Shown here: positions 41,128-50,136 of the stretch, one piece after another
Layout of the letters: each line of letters begins with the position of its first letter
Numbering within the stretch: position 1 is the first letter of the stretch
The notes under the pieces: model-generated
The model's database searches: none
What the model was told of the DNA's origin: nothing
The model's input: the letters and a program-made list of their open reading frames with translations, nothing else
Position numbers and translations under genes: made by a program
Source: Alphaproteobacteria bacterium MarineAlpha5_Bin7
GTDB lineage: Bacteria > Pseudomonadota > Alphaproteobacteria > HIMB59 > GCA-002718135
Direction of reading: 5' to 3'
Assembly (NCBI GenBank): GCA_002938195.1
Contig: PTKX01000005.1
Location: 1 to 57,947, forward strand
Length of the DNA: 57,947 bases

Positions 41128-41889
41128 CTATAACCTCCTAAATGCTGTAGCCGCTATTAAACCTGCAAAAATTGCAAAAATTATACATATTATACCATAA
41201 GTAGCAGGTTGTTTATGAGCTAATCTAAAAATTCTATTTCCTATGCCAGTTTTTTTAATAATTATTTTTCTATTCTTTTTATTTTTTATAATTTTGTTTT
41301 TTATTTGATAAATATCTACATCGTAGATACCTGGAACTGTATTAGAAGGAAAAAAAATTTTAGTTTGAAATAACTTATCATCTACTATTTTTATATTATA
41401 TTCTTTATAAAAATCTTCATTTTTTTTAATCTTAAGAAGATTTTCATTCCAGAACTCAGGTTTATTTTTATCATTAAAATTAAAATTTCTTTTCGTTACA
41501 ATATTTGCAAGACTTTGTTCAAAATTAAGTGCACTTTTTATTATTGTTTCTTCCTCTAATATGTTTTTTATAGGTGCAGATGAAGCGATAAAGAAAATAC
41601 TAGGTAAGTCTTTGTAAACTATCTTCTTAGTATTAAACCAAAAAACAAATATTCTTTCTTTTTTTCTAATTTCGGTGTTTTTTTTCGGACCTTTAATGTT
41701 AATAATAGTATCAAAGCCTGGCTCTAATAAACCAAAAATAATAACTTCTTTGCCTTTAAAATTAGTTTGTATTTCTATTTCAGAATCAGAGAGATCAAAA
41801 TAAGTCTCATTACTTAAAGCTACATTTGAATAAAAGGCAAAATATAATAGAATGATTGAAAAAATTCTTAATATTATATTATATTGCAT
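41128..41889 (-). CDS. TIGR02186 family membrane protein
   Basis: DLS...I.I...F.G....IFG, V/I.GP....RKKER...FW.N, LF....FP.N..PG.Y, K.G...., C-terminal TM; usual partner of tauE and usp. Confidence 0.85.
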   Translation of the reverse strand: MQYNIILRIFSIILLYFAFYSNVALSNETYFDLSDSEIEIQTNFKGKEVIIFGLLEPGFDTIINIKGPKKNTEIRKKERIFVFWFNTKKIVYKDLPSIFFIASSAPIKNILEEETIIKSALNFEQSLANIVTKRNFNFNDKNKPEFWNENLLKIKKNEDFYKEYNIKIVDDKLFQTKIFFPSNTVPGIYDVDIYQIKNKIIKNKKNRKIIIKKTGIGNRIFRLAHKQPATYGIICIIFAIFAGLIAATAFRRL

Positions 41890-42292
41890 TCTTATCTCTT
41901 TCTTGTAGCCTAATAAAAATTAAATTTTTTTCTATTAATATTCCTATTATTGCTAAAATAGTTACAATTACATAAGTTATTACTGAAACATAGTGACTAA
42001 CTACTAAATAGGGCTCTTGAAGAATACAATAGATCGGCGAAATATAGGTAAATATACAATAAACTAATCTTAGTAAAAAAGTTTTTTGTGAATTCTCAAT
42101 TCCAATGCTTAACTGTTCTTTTTTAATAGAGTACCAATAAAATAGCTTTGTAAATAATAAAGCAATAGCTACTATAATAATAAAATTTGTTAAAATTATG
42201 TTTTTGATTTCAAAAATAAACAAAAATAAAAAACCCACTAATCCAATTACATAAAATATATTAAAGTATATAAATAATGACCACTTTTTCAT
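41879..42292 (-). CDS. Hypothetical integral membrane protein (about 4 TM; DmsC/SoeC C-terminus-like)
   Basis: Hydrophobic 137 aa; K..YW, LR...F..P, G.L.E..L.F pattern. Confidence 0.6.
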   Translation of the reverse strand: MKKWSLFIYFNIFYVIGLVGFLFLFIFEIKNIILTNFIIIVAIALLFTKLFYWYSIKKEQLSIGIENSQKTFLLRLVYCIFTYISPIYCILQEPYLVVSHYVSVITYVIVTILAIIGILIEKNLIFIRLQERDKNAI

Positions 42293-42300
42293 TACAAACT

Positions 42301-42329
42301 TTGACTTTCTTTTTACAAAATAATATAGA
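42301..42329 (+). promoter_or_regulatory. Putative sigma70 promoter for aprMBA
   Basis: TTGACT (42301-06), 17-nt spacer, TATAGA (42324-29). Confidence 0.45.
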
Positions 42330-42439
42330 AATATCAGTATCCTTCATATAGTTGATATGCTAGAAAACTGCATTAAATATATATATATTTAATTATTAAT
42401 ACAACTTGTGATTGATTTAAACCTAGGTCTAGAAAATTT

Positions 42440-43234
42440 ATGATTACTGCGAATCCCTTTTCCTTACTTTCAGTCTATATACCATCTATATTTATGCAGT
42501 TGTTTGTTATTCTGATGGTAATTTTGTTACTAGCAGGAACTATCTTTGATATGATTAATAAAAAAAATGTTAAATATTTTTTTGAAAATGCAAAAAAAGC
42601 AAAAAAGCAGGCAAAAAAAGAGTTAAGTTCTTCTGAAAGAGCTTCTGTAGTTTTAAAAACTGTAACTCATGAGATTTTAACTACGTCAGAACTAGGAAAA
42701 GGCAAAAGAAGAATAGCTCATTTATTAGGAATGTATGGAACAATAATTTTCTGGATTACTTCAATTATAATGATTTTTTCTTTATCAAAAACAAATTCTT
42801 CAAACCTAACCATTTATCCAATTCTTTGGCACATAGGAGCTTTAATGACATGTTTAGGAGGTTATTGGTTTTGGTTTTTTTTAAGAGTAGATGTTTCATC
42901 AGAGGCGCATCCTTGGTACCGTATAGTGCAAGCTGACTTATTTGTTTTATCTCTAGTCATAACTTCAACATTTGCTTTGTTGTGGTCTTTTTTTCAATCA
43001 TCTGAATTAGTACTTTTAGGTAATCTATTTTTTGTTTTATTTTGTTTAGCAAATATAATTTTATTTGGTGGGGTATATTGGTCTAAGTTTGCTCATATGT
43101 TTTACAAACCAGGAGCAGCAATTCAAAGAAATTTAGCGGAGGCAGATGGATCAAGAGATAACTTACCTGAGCCTTCAGATCAACCTAAACAATTTGGTTT
43201 AGGTATAAAAAGAGAGGCTCCAAAACACTATTAA
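42440..43234 (+). CDS. aprM: APS reductase membrane anchor AprM
   Basis: Multi-TM; RR.AHLLGMYG, GGYWFWFFLRVDV..E, WSKFAHMFYKP, ADGSR.NLP; immediately upstream of aprB. Confidence 0.92.
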   Translation: MITANPFSLLSVYIPSIFMQLFVILMVILLLAGTIFDMINKKNVKYFFENAKKAKKQAKKELSSSERASVVLKTVTHEILTTSELGKGKRRIAHLLGMYGTIIFWITSIIMIFSLSKTNSSNLTIYPILWHIGALMTCLGGYWFWFFLRVDVSSEAHPWYRIVQADLFVLSLVITSTFALLWSFFQSSELVLLGNLFFVLFCLANIILFGGVYWSKFAHMFYKPGAAIQRNLAEADGSRDNLPEPSDQPKQFGLGIKREAPKHY

Positions 43235-43296
43235 TATGAATAATAATTCGTTACATAATCAATTAAATTCAATTTTGAAGAAAGGAAAAAAATAAT

Positions 43297-43767
43297 ATGT
43301 CTACTTTTGTATATATGACGAAATGTGATGGTTGTGGACATTGTGTAGATATATGCCCTTCAGACATTATGCATATAGATCCTGTTACTAGAAGAGCTGT
43401 AAATATTGAGCCAAATATGTGCTGGGAGTGTTACTCATGTGTAAAAGCATGTCCGAACGAAGCAATTGATGCCAGAGGTTACGCTGATTTTGCTCCAATG
43501 GGTCATAGTGTAAGAGTCCTTCGAGAAGAAGAAAAAGGAACGATTTCTTGGAGAATAAAATTTCGCAATGGTACAGAAAAGAATTTTGTATCTCCAATCA
43601 CAACTAAACCTTGGGGAAAATATATACCTAAACTTGCTGAAGTAGATAAACCCAACAACGGTGAGATAAATTCTCAAATATTATATTCTGAACCAGAAGG
43701 ATTAAATACAAAAAAGGAATTACCTACAATAAATAAAAATTCTTTTAAAAAAGGGGTCTACTATTAA
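43297..43767 (+). CDS. aprB: Adenylylsulfate reductase beta subunit
   Basis: TFVYMTKCDGCGHCVDICPSDIMH, CWECYSCVKACP, RGYADFAP; strong Shine-Dalgarno GAAAGGA. Confidence 0.97.
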   Translation: MSTFVYMTKCDGCGHCVDICPSDIMHIDPVTRRAVNIEPNMCWECYSCVKACPNEAIDARGYADFAPMGHSVRVLREEEKGTISWRIKFRNGTEKNFVSPITTKPWGKYIPKLAEVDKPNNGEINSQILYSEPEGLNTKKELPTINKNSFKKGVYY

Positions 43768-45623
43768 TGCCGAAAAATAAAACTATTTATGAAAATTGTG
43801 ATGTGCTTGTTGTTGGTGGCGGTATGGCAGGTACTGGAGCAACATTTGAAGCAAGGCATTGGGGAAGAGATTTAAAAATTATTTGTGTGGAAAAAGCTAA
43901 TATTGATAGAAGTGGTGCAGTAGCGCAAGGTCTTTACGCTATAAATTGTTATATGGGAATGCAGTGGGATGAAAATCAACCTGAAGATCATGTAAGATAC
44001 GCACGTAATGATTTAATGGGATTAGTTAGAGAAGATCTTGGTTATGATATGGCACGGCATGTTGATTCAACGGTTCATATGTTTGACGAATGGGGTTTGC
44101 CCATGATGCGTAACAAAGAAGGCAGATATCAAAGAGAAGGTAAGTGGCAAATCATGATACATGGTGAAAGTTACAAGCCTATTGTAGCTGAAGCTGCAAA
44201 AAAATCTGCTGATAAAATTTATAATAGAATAATGATAACACATCTTCTAATGGATGAAACAAAAGATAACAGAGTTGGCGGCGCAGTTGGTTTTAATATG
44301 CGTACAGGTAATTATCATGTCTTTAGAGCTAAAACTGTAATAGTTGCAGCAGGTGGAGCTTCACATATTTTTAAGCCAAGAGCTGTTGGGGAGGGCATGG
44401 GACGAACTTGGTATGCTCCTTGGAGCAATGGTTCTGCTTATGCTTTACCTATTGAAGTTGGCGCTAAAATGACACAAATGGAGAATCGTATTGTCTTATG
44501 TAGATTTAAGGATGGTTACGGTCCAGTTGGTGCATATTTTTTACATTTAAAAACATATACTCAAAATGCTAATGGAGAGAATTATGAAAAAAAATGGTAT
44601 GAACAAACCAAAAAATTAGTGGGTGAATATATTGATCATCATCCAACCCCTACTTGTCTTCGTAATCATGCTTTTATTCAAGAGGTTATGGCCGGACGTG
44701 GTCCAATTCATATGGTTACAAAAGAAGCTTTTCAAGATCCTCATCTAGAGACTATTGGTTGGGAAAATTTCTTAGGAATGACCGTGGGGCAAGCAGTAGT
44801 TTGGGCTTCACAAAATGTTGACCCTAAATATCAAAATCCAGAATTAACAACATCAGAACCCTATGTAATGGGATCACATGCAACTTGCTCTGGAGCTTGG
44901 GTTAGTGGCCCAGAAGATCTTTCTCCGCCTGAATATTTTTGGGGATATAATAGAATGACAACTGTACAAGGTCTTTTTGGAGCAGGTGATACAGTAGGAG
45001 GTAGCGCTCACAAGTTTTCATCAGGCTCTTTTACTGAAGGCCGTTTAGCAGCCAAAGCTGCTGTTAAATATATTCAGGAGCAAAAAGCAGATAATATTGA
45101 AGTAAGCGATAAACAGTGCGAAAACTTCAGAGAAATTATTTACAAGCCTCTTGAAAATTATAAAGTTGGAAGAAATGAAATTACTGCTGGCACTGTGTCA
45201 CCAAGCTACATTTTGCCTATACAAGGTTTGCAAAGACTTCAAAAAATAATGGATGAATATGTTGGTGGTATTTCATTTAATTATATGACCAATGAAAATA
45301 CTTTAAAAAAAGGTTTAGAATTACTAAATTGGCTTCAAGAAGATTTAGAACATGTTGGAGCAGAAGATTATCATCAACTTATGCGAGCTTGGGAACTGAA
45401 ACATCGAACACTTACTTCTCAATGTGTAACTGAGCATACTTTATTTAGAGAAGAAACACGCTGGCCTGGATATTATTACAGAGGTGATCATATGAAGTTG
45501 GATGACGAAAATTGGCACTGTTTAACTGTATCAAGACGTGATCCACAAACAGGAAAATTTGCATTGGAAAAAATGCCTGTCTATCACATAATTGATGAAG
45601 AAAAGAAAAAAGAAGCATCTTAG
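43767..45623 (+). CDS. aprA: Adenylylsulfate reductase alpha subunit
   Basis: RSGAVAQGLYAINCY, WQIMIHGESYKPIVAEAAK, RFKDGYGPVGA, HKFSSGSFTEGR, REETRWPGYYYR. Confidence 0.98.
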   Translation: MPKNKTIYENCDVLVVGGGMAGTGATFEARHWGRDLKIICVEKANIDRSGAVAQGLYAINCYMGMQWDENQPEDHVRYARNDLMGLVREDLGYDMARHVDSTVHMFDEWGLPMMRNKEGRYQREGKWQIMIHGESYKPIVAEAAKKSADKIYNRIMITHLLMDETKDNRVGGAVGFNMRTGNYHVFRAKTVIVAAGGASHIFKPRAVGEGMGRTWYAPWSNGSAYALPIEVGAKMTQMENRIVLCRFKDGYGPVGAYFLHLKTYTQNANGENYEKKWYEQTKKLVGEYIDHHPTPTCLRNHAFIQEVMAGRGPIHMVTKEAFQDPHLETIGWENFLGMTVGQAVVWASQNVDPKYQNPELTTSEPYVMGSHATCSGAWVSGPEDLSPPEYFWGYNRMTTVQGLFGAGDTVGGSAHKFSSGSFTEGRLAAKAAVKYIQEQKADNIEVSDKQCENFREIIYKPLENYKVGRNEITAGTVSPSYILPIQGLQRLQKIMDEYVGGISFNYMTNENTLKKGLELLNWLQEDLEHVGAEDYHQLMRAWELKHRTLTSQCVTEHTLFREETRWPGYYYRGDHMKLDDENWHCLTVSRRDPQTGKFALEKMPVYHIIDEEKKKEAS

Positions 45624-45638
45624 AAATAAGATTTTCAG

Positions 45639-45989
45639 ATGAAACTTCAAGATAAATCAGACGAAGAAATTATTAAAATTGCTGATCCTCTATGGGATAA
45701 TCTTATTAAATGTTCTAACAACAAAGATTATAGCGGTTTTACAAAAGATTTTTCTGCACAGATGTTATACGGAGCAAATGAGGTAGAATTAGGAAAACAA
45801 TGGGCCAATAATGAATTGCTTGTTAGTTTATCAAAAAATAGAGATTGCTTAGGATGTTTAAGAAGAAATGGTTATGTTACAATTATTTATAAACAGAAAA
45901 GCGAAAAAATTAGCGGAGATTTTTTAGGCAGACTAGTTTTAGGAGAAGAAGAGGGTGATATAAGAATTTTTGGAGCGACAATATTTTAA
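45639..45989 (+). CDS. Hypothetical protein downstream of aprA (possible NTF2/DUF3887-like fold)
   Basis: 116-aa ORF 15 bp after aprA; helix-DY..F.KDFS..M followed by beta strands. Confidence 0.7.
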   Translation: MKLQDKSDEEIIKIADPLWDNLIKCSNNKDYSGFTKDFSAQMLYGANEVELGKQWANNELLVSLSKNRDCLGCLRRNGYVTIIYKQKSEKISGDFLGRLVLGEEEGDIRIFGATIF

Positions 45990-46477
45990 TCTGTTAATTC
46001 TTGAGCAATTTTTTTTATTTCATCGTCATTTAAAAAAGAAGTAATATGTTTGTCTATTTTTTTAGGAGTTTCAAACATATTGGTAGTATCTTCAAAAGCT
46101 TTACTATTTGATAAGGAATCAACATTAAATGGTAGATTTGTAATATCGTTTAACTCATTTATTTTTGATGAAACAACTCTTCCTTTTTCAATAGTATCCA
46201 TCCATATTACGTAATCAGCATTAAAAGCACTTCTTGATTTATTTGTAGGAGCAACAAAATCACATATTACCCATCTACCGTTGCTTCTTTCAAAATCTGC
46301 AAATGTTTTCATTCTATTAGCCTGCCTAATTCTTCCTTCAACACTGAAATCCCAGTCATTAGAATATTTTCTAACAAAATCTGCATTATACCATGCACAA
46401 TTACTAATATGTTTTACTAATCTTTTTGCAATCCAAGTTTTTCCAGATCCTGGTAATCCACATACTAATATTTTCAT
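45986..46477 (-). CDS. Adenylylsulfate-kinase-like P-loop kinase (short type)
   Basis: GLPGSGKT, NAD.VR, DWDFS.EGR.RQ, CDFVAP....R, FE.P. Confidence 0.8.
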   Translation of the reverse strand: MKILVCGLPGSGKTWIAKRLVKHISNCAWYNADFVRKYSNDWDFSVEGRIRQANRMKTFADFERSNGRWVICDFVAPTNKSRSAFNADYVIWMDTIEKGRVVSSKINELNDITNLPFNVDSLSNSKAFEDTTNMFETPKKIDKHITSFLNDDEIKKIAQELTD

Positions 46478-46490
46478 AATTATTTATCCA

Positions 46491-47399
46491 TTAATTTATA
46501 GAAAATAAATAATTGGGAGTTAAGGTTAAATCTAGGAAAATTTTAATACAAACAGCTAAGACAATAATTGCTAAAACTCCCCTTAGGTATTCTGCTTTGA
46601 ATTTTGAACCCAAAATTGCCCCTATTTGAGCTCCTATGACGCCTCCAAGAATCATCAAGATAGCTAGTATAATATCAACAGTTTGATTTAAATATGATTG
46701 AAAAAAAGTTGAGCTGGCAGTAACAAATATAATTTGAAACAATGAAGTTCCTACCACTACGCTGGTAGACATTCCCAAGATATATACCATGGCTGGAATC
46801 ATAATAAATCCTCCTCCAACACCCATCATTGCAGATAATATTCCTACTATCAAACCAATAAATATAGGAGGAATAACACTGATGTATAATTTTGATCTAT
46901 GGAACCTCATTTTAAAAGGAAGTCCGTGAATCCAAGAATGTTGATGCAACTTTGTTCTAATTATTGAAGTAGTTCTATATTTTCTTATTGTAGTTCTTGC
47001 ACTTTCAAAAAGCATAGAAAAACCAATAATTCCAAGAAATATTAAAAAAAGGAATTGTATAATTATATCAATTTGACCGTATCCTCTTAAAATTTTAAAT
47101 AAGTTTACACCTATAATAGAGCCAGTTACTCCTCCAATTAATAGAAAAAAACCCATTTTGATATCTACATTTTTTCTTTTTAAATGAGCCAAGACACCTG
47201 AAACTGAGGATGCTAATACATGAGGAGCTTCAGTTCCGACAGCTACTGCAGGAGGAATGCCAAGAAAAATTAAAAGAGGCGTCATTAAGAAGCCTCCTCC
47301 AACTCCAAACAAGCCAGATAAACAACCTACACCCATTCCAATTAAAACTATAATTAAAATATTTACATTCATTTCTGCAATTGGAAGATAAATAGTCAT
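46491..47399 (-). CDS. Sulfite exporter TauE/SafE family
   Basis: IYLPIAE, SGLFGVGGGFLMTPLL, MGVGGGFIMIPAM, VVGTSLFQI. Confidence 0.93.
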   Translation of the reverse strand: MTIYLPIAEMNVNILIIVLIGMGVGCLSGLFGVGGGFLMTPLLIFLGIPPAVAVGTEAPHVLASSVSGVLAHLKRKNVDIKMGFFLLIGGVTGSIIGVNLFKILRGYGQIDIIIQFLFLIFLGIIGFSMLFESARTTIRKYRTTSIIRTKLHQHSWIHGLPFKMRFHRSKLYISVIPPIFIGLIVGILSAMMGVGGGFIMIPAMVYILGMSTSVVVGTSLFQIIFVTASSTFFQSYLNQTVDIILAILMILGGVIGAQIGAILGSKFKAEYLRGVLAIIVLAVCIKIFLDLTLTPNYLFSIN

Positions 47400-47459
47400 A
47401 AATATTTATATAATCCTATTAACAAACTTATTCCACTAACAAATACAAATTTAATAAAA

Positions 47460-48080
47460 TTAAATGATTTCAACTTGTTTATTTTCTATTTCTTCAGCCT
47501 TTAGGATATCTTCCTTATAGTTAATATTAAAAAAATAATCATATTGATTATTGGAAAATTCTACATATCCCATAGAGTAATTTTCTGCCCACCTAAGTAT
47601 TTTTCTTGTTCCTAAATTTATATCATTCTCTAAACTGCTGAGTAAACTAGAATGCCATATCCCTATAATAGGATGGGTTTTACCATTAGATTTAGCTAAA
47701 ACAATTTTATGTTTTTTGTCTATGGTAGCTTTAAAAAGTTGTTCAACCAGATTATCAGGTAAAAATGGCGTGTCTGCTGGCACACTAATTAGCCAATCAA
47801 TATTTTTTTTAGAATTTATCCAGTGTAAACTTGCATGTAGCCCACCCAGAGGACCTACACGATTAGAAAATAAATCTTTAACAATTAAAGTATTATATTT
47901 ACTAAACAAAGCACTATCTTCGTTAGTATTAATAATTATATTATTAGTTTGATTTTTTAATTTTGAAAAAATTCTTTCAAAAATAGTTTTGTTATTAAAT
48001 TTTTTAAAAGTCTTAATTCCTCCTCCCATTCTTGATGCTAATCCACCTGCTAAAATTGAAACACAAACTTTATTATTCAT
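47460..48080 (-). CDS. mobA: Molybdenum cofactor guanylyltransferase
   Basis: ILAGG..SRMGG, GPLGG, P.DTPFLP, FFNIN. Confidence 0.93.
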   Translation of the reverse strand: MNNKVCVSILAGGLASRMGGGIKTFKKFNNKTIFERIFSKLKNQTNNIIINTNEDSALFSKYNTLIVKDLFSNRVGPLGGLHASLHWINSKKNIDWLISVPADTPFLPDNLVEQLFKATIDKKHKIVLAKSNGKTHPIIGIWHSSLLSSLENDINLGTRKILRWAENYSMGYVEFSNNQYDYFFNINYKEDILKAEEIENKQVEII

Positions 48081-48082
48081 AT

Positions 48083-48901
48083 TTATAAATCTTTAATTAT
48101 TCTATGTTTACCTGATAGTACTGTAAATCTTTTGCCCTTTGCTCTTCCTATTAATGTTAAATTTGCTTTACTGGCAAGTTCAACTCCCCATGCCGTAAAG
48201 CCAGAACGTGAAATTAAAATTGGTATATTCATCTTAACTGTTTTAATAATCATTTCACTTGTCAACCTACCTGTTGTATAAAAAATTTTATCTTTACTTT
48301 TTATATTATTTAAAAACATATAACCCGCAATTTTATCAACAGCATTATGCCTTCCAACATCTTCCATATAAATTATGGGAGTATTTTTTTTTATTATAAC
48401 GCACCCATGAATAGCTCCTGCATCAAGATAAAGACTTGGAGTTAAAGTTATTTTTTTAGAAATTTCGTAAATCCACTTATGATTAATTTTAATATTTGAA
48501 ACTATCTTAATCTTTTGAATTTCTTCATAAATATCACCAAAAACAGTGCCAAGAGCACAGCCACTAGTTGTAATTTTTTTCTTTAATCTTTTCTCATAAT
48601 TAGTTTTATTATTTGTTTTTACTATAACAGTATCCAAGTCCTCGTCATAAATAATCGATTTTATCTTATCTTTTGATTTGAGCATATTTTGATTCAATAA
48701 ATATCCTATAGCTAAATATTTAGGATGATCTCCAATTGTCATTAATGTTACTATTTCTTGATTATTTAAAAAAATTGTAAGAGATTTCTCTTTTATTACC
48801 TTCACATCAATTTTTTTGTTTTCTTGATCATATCCTTTTATAATCTTTGTAAGATCAGGATTATTTATATCAGGAGATAACAAATATTTGTTTTTCTTCA
48901 T
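48083..48901 (-). CDS. fdhD: Formate dehydrogenase accessory sulfurtransferase
   Basis: TSGCA.GT, GAIHGC, EDVGRHNAVDKIAG, TGRLTSEM. Confidence 0.95.
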   Translation of the reverse strand: MKKNKYLLSPDINNPDLTKIIKGYDQENKKIDVKVIKEKSLTIFLNNQEIVTLMTIGDHPKYLAIGYLLNQNMLKSKDKIKSIIYDEDLDTVIVKTNNKTNYEKRLKKKITTSGCALGTVFGDIYEEIQKIKIVSNIKINHKWIYEISKKITLTPSLYLDAGAIHGCVIIKKNTPIIYMEDVGRHNAVDKIAGYMFLNNIKSKDKIFYTTGRLTSEMIIKTVKMNIPILISRSGFTAWGVELASKANLTLIGRAKGKRFTVLSGKHRIIKDL

Positions 48902-48943
48902 ATTATTAAAAATGCTACAAACATGTTATAATAAAAATTATTT

Positions 48944-49633
48944 ATGAATATTTTTGACATTCTATTAAATTCAATAAAATTAATTTTTAGTTTTGACCCT
49001 TTGCTTTTTGAAATAATTTTGCTATCTTTTAAAGTAAGTTTCACAGCTTTAATCATTTCTTCTTTTTTTGCAATAATACTAAGTTATATATTAGCATTAT
49101 ATAATTTTTTTCTAAAAAATATTATTATTATTATTTTTAATTCTTTAATGGGAATACCCCCTGTAGTAGTGGGAATTATAGTATATTTCTTGGTAGCAAA
49201 GGGAGGTTTATTAGGAGTTTTTAATTTATTATACTCACCTACAGCAATGATTATTGCTCAAATAATTATAATTTTTCCTATAGTGGTTTCTTTATCACAT
49301 CAGGTATTTTTTCAAAGTTGGAAACAATTCAAAGATCAGTTTCAAGCATTTAACCTCCCATTTTCTGGAGTTTTAGTAATTTTAATTAGAAATAATTATT
49401 TTGTAATACTTACGATATTACTTTCAGCATTTGGTAGAGCAATTTCAGAGGTTGGAGCAGTGATGATTGTAGGGGGTAATATTGATCATTATACTAGAGT
49501 AATGACTACAGCAATAACTTTAGAAACACGTATGGGCAACTTAGAATATGCTATGGCACTTGGGATAATACTTATTTTTTTAACAACAATAATAAGTGGA
49601 ATAGTATATTTGTTTAATTATAAAAAAAGATAA
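48944..49633 (+). CDS. tupB: Tungstate ABC transporter permease (TupB-like)
   Basis: N.LMG.PPVVVG, AFGRAISEVGAVMIVGGNI...TRVMTTAI.LET..G....A.ALG. Confidence 0.85.
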   Translation: MNIFDILLNSIKLIFSFDPLLFEIILLSFKVSFTALIISSFFAIILSYILALYNFFLKNIIIIIFNSLMGIPPVVVGIIVYFLVAKGGLLGVFNLLYSPTAMIIAQIIIIFPIVVSLSHQVFFQSWKQFKDQFQAFNLPFSGVLVILIRNNYFVILTILLSAFGRAISEVGAVMIVGGNIDHYTRVMTTAITLETRMGNLEYAMALGIILIFLTTIISGIVYLFNYKKR

Positions 49634-49640
49634 TCATAAT

Positions 49641-50129
49641 ATGAAAATTTGTGGAATAGTTGGCTTAAAAAATTCTGGTAAAACATTTTTCGCTCAAAAA
49701 ATAATTAAATATTTTTCAGATCATAAATACAAAGTAGCCTCCATAAAACATGCACATCATGATTTTGAGATAGATAAACCTGATACTGATAGCTTTTTAC
49801 ATAGAAAAGCTGGATCTAAAGAAGTTATTATCAGTTCTTCAAAACGTTGGGCAAAAATTAATGAATTAGACAATAGAGAAGAAAAAACACTAAAGGATTT
49901 AATAGAACACTTAGATAAACCAGATATTGTTATAGTTGAAGGTTTTAAAAAAGAAAATCATAAGAAAATTGAAATTATAAGCAATAATTCTTTAGAAGAT
50001 CAGTATTTATTTCCAAATTTAAAAAATGTTTTTTGTATTATTAGTGATAAACAAATTAATACCTCGATTACTCAATTTAAAATTAACGAAATAAAAAATA
50101 TAGCTAATTATATTCTAGAAAAAATATAA
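49641..50129 (+). CDS. mobB: Molybdopterin-guanine dinucleotide biosynthesis protein B
   Basis: G.KNSGKT, IKHAHHDF.ID...TDS..HR.AG, VEGFK. Confidence 0.95.
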   Translation: MKICGIVGLKNSGKTFFAQKIIKYFSDHKYKVASIKHAHHDFEIDKPDTDSFLHRKAGSKEVIISSSKRWAKINELDNREEKTLKDLIEHLDKPDIVIVEGFKKENHKKIEIISNNSLEDQYLFPNLKNVFCIISDKQINTSITQFKINEIKNIANYILEKI

Positions 50130-50136
50130 GATAAGA

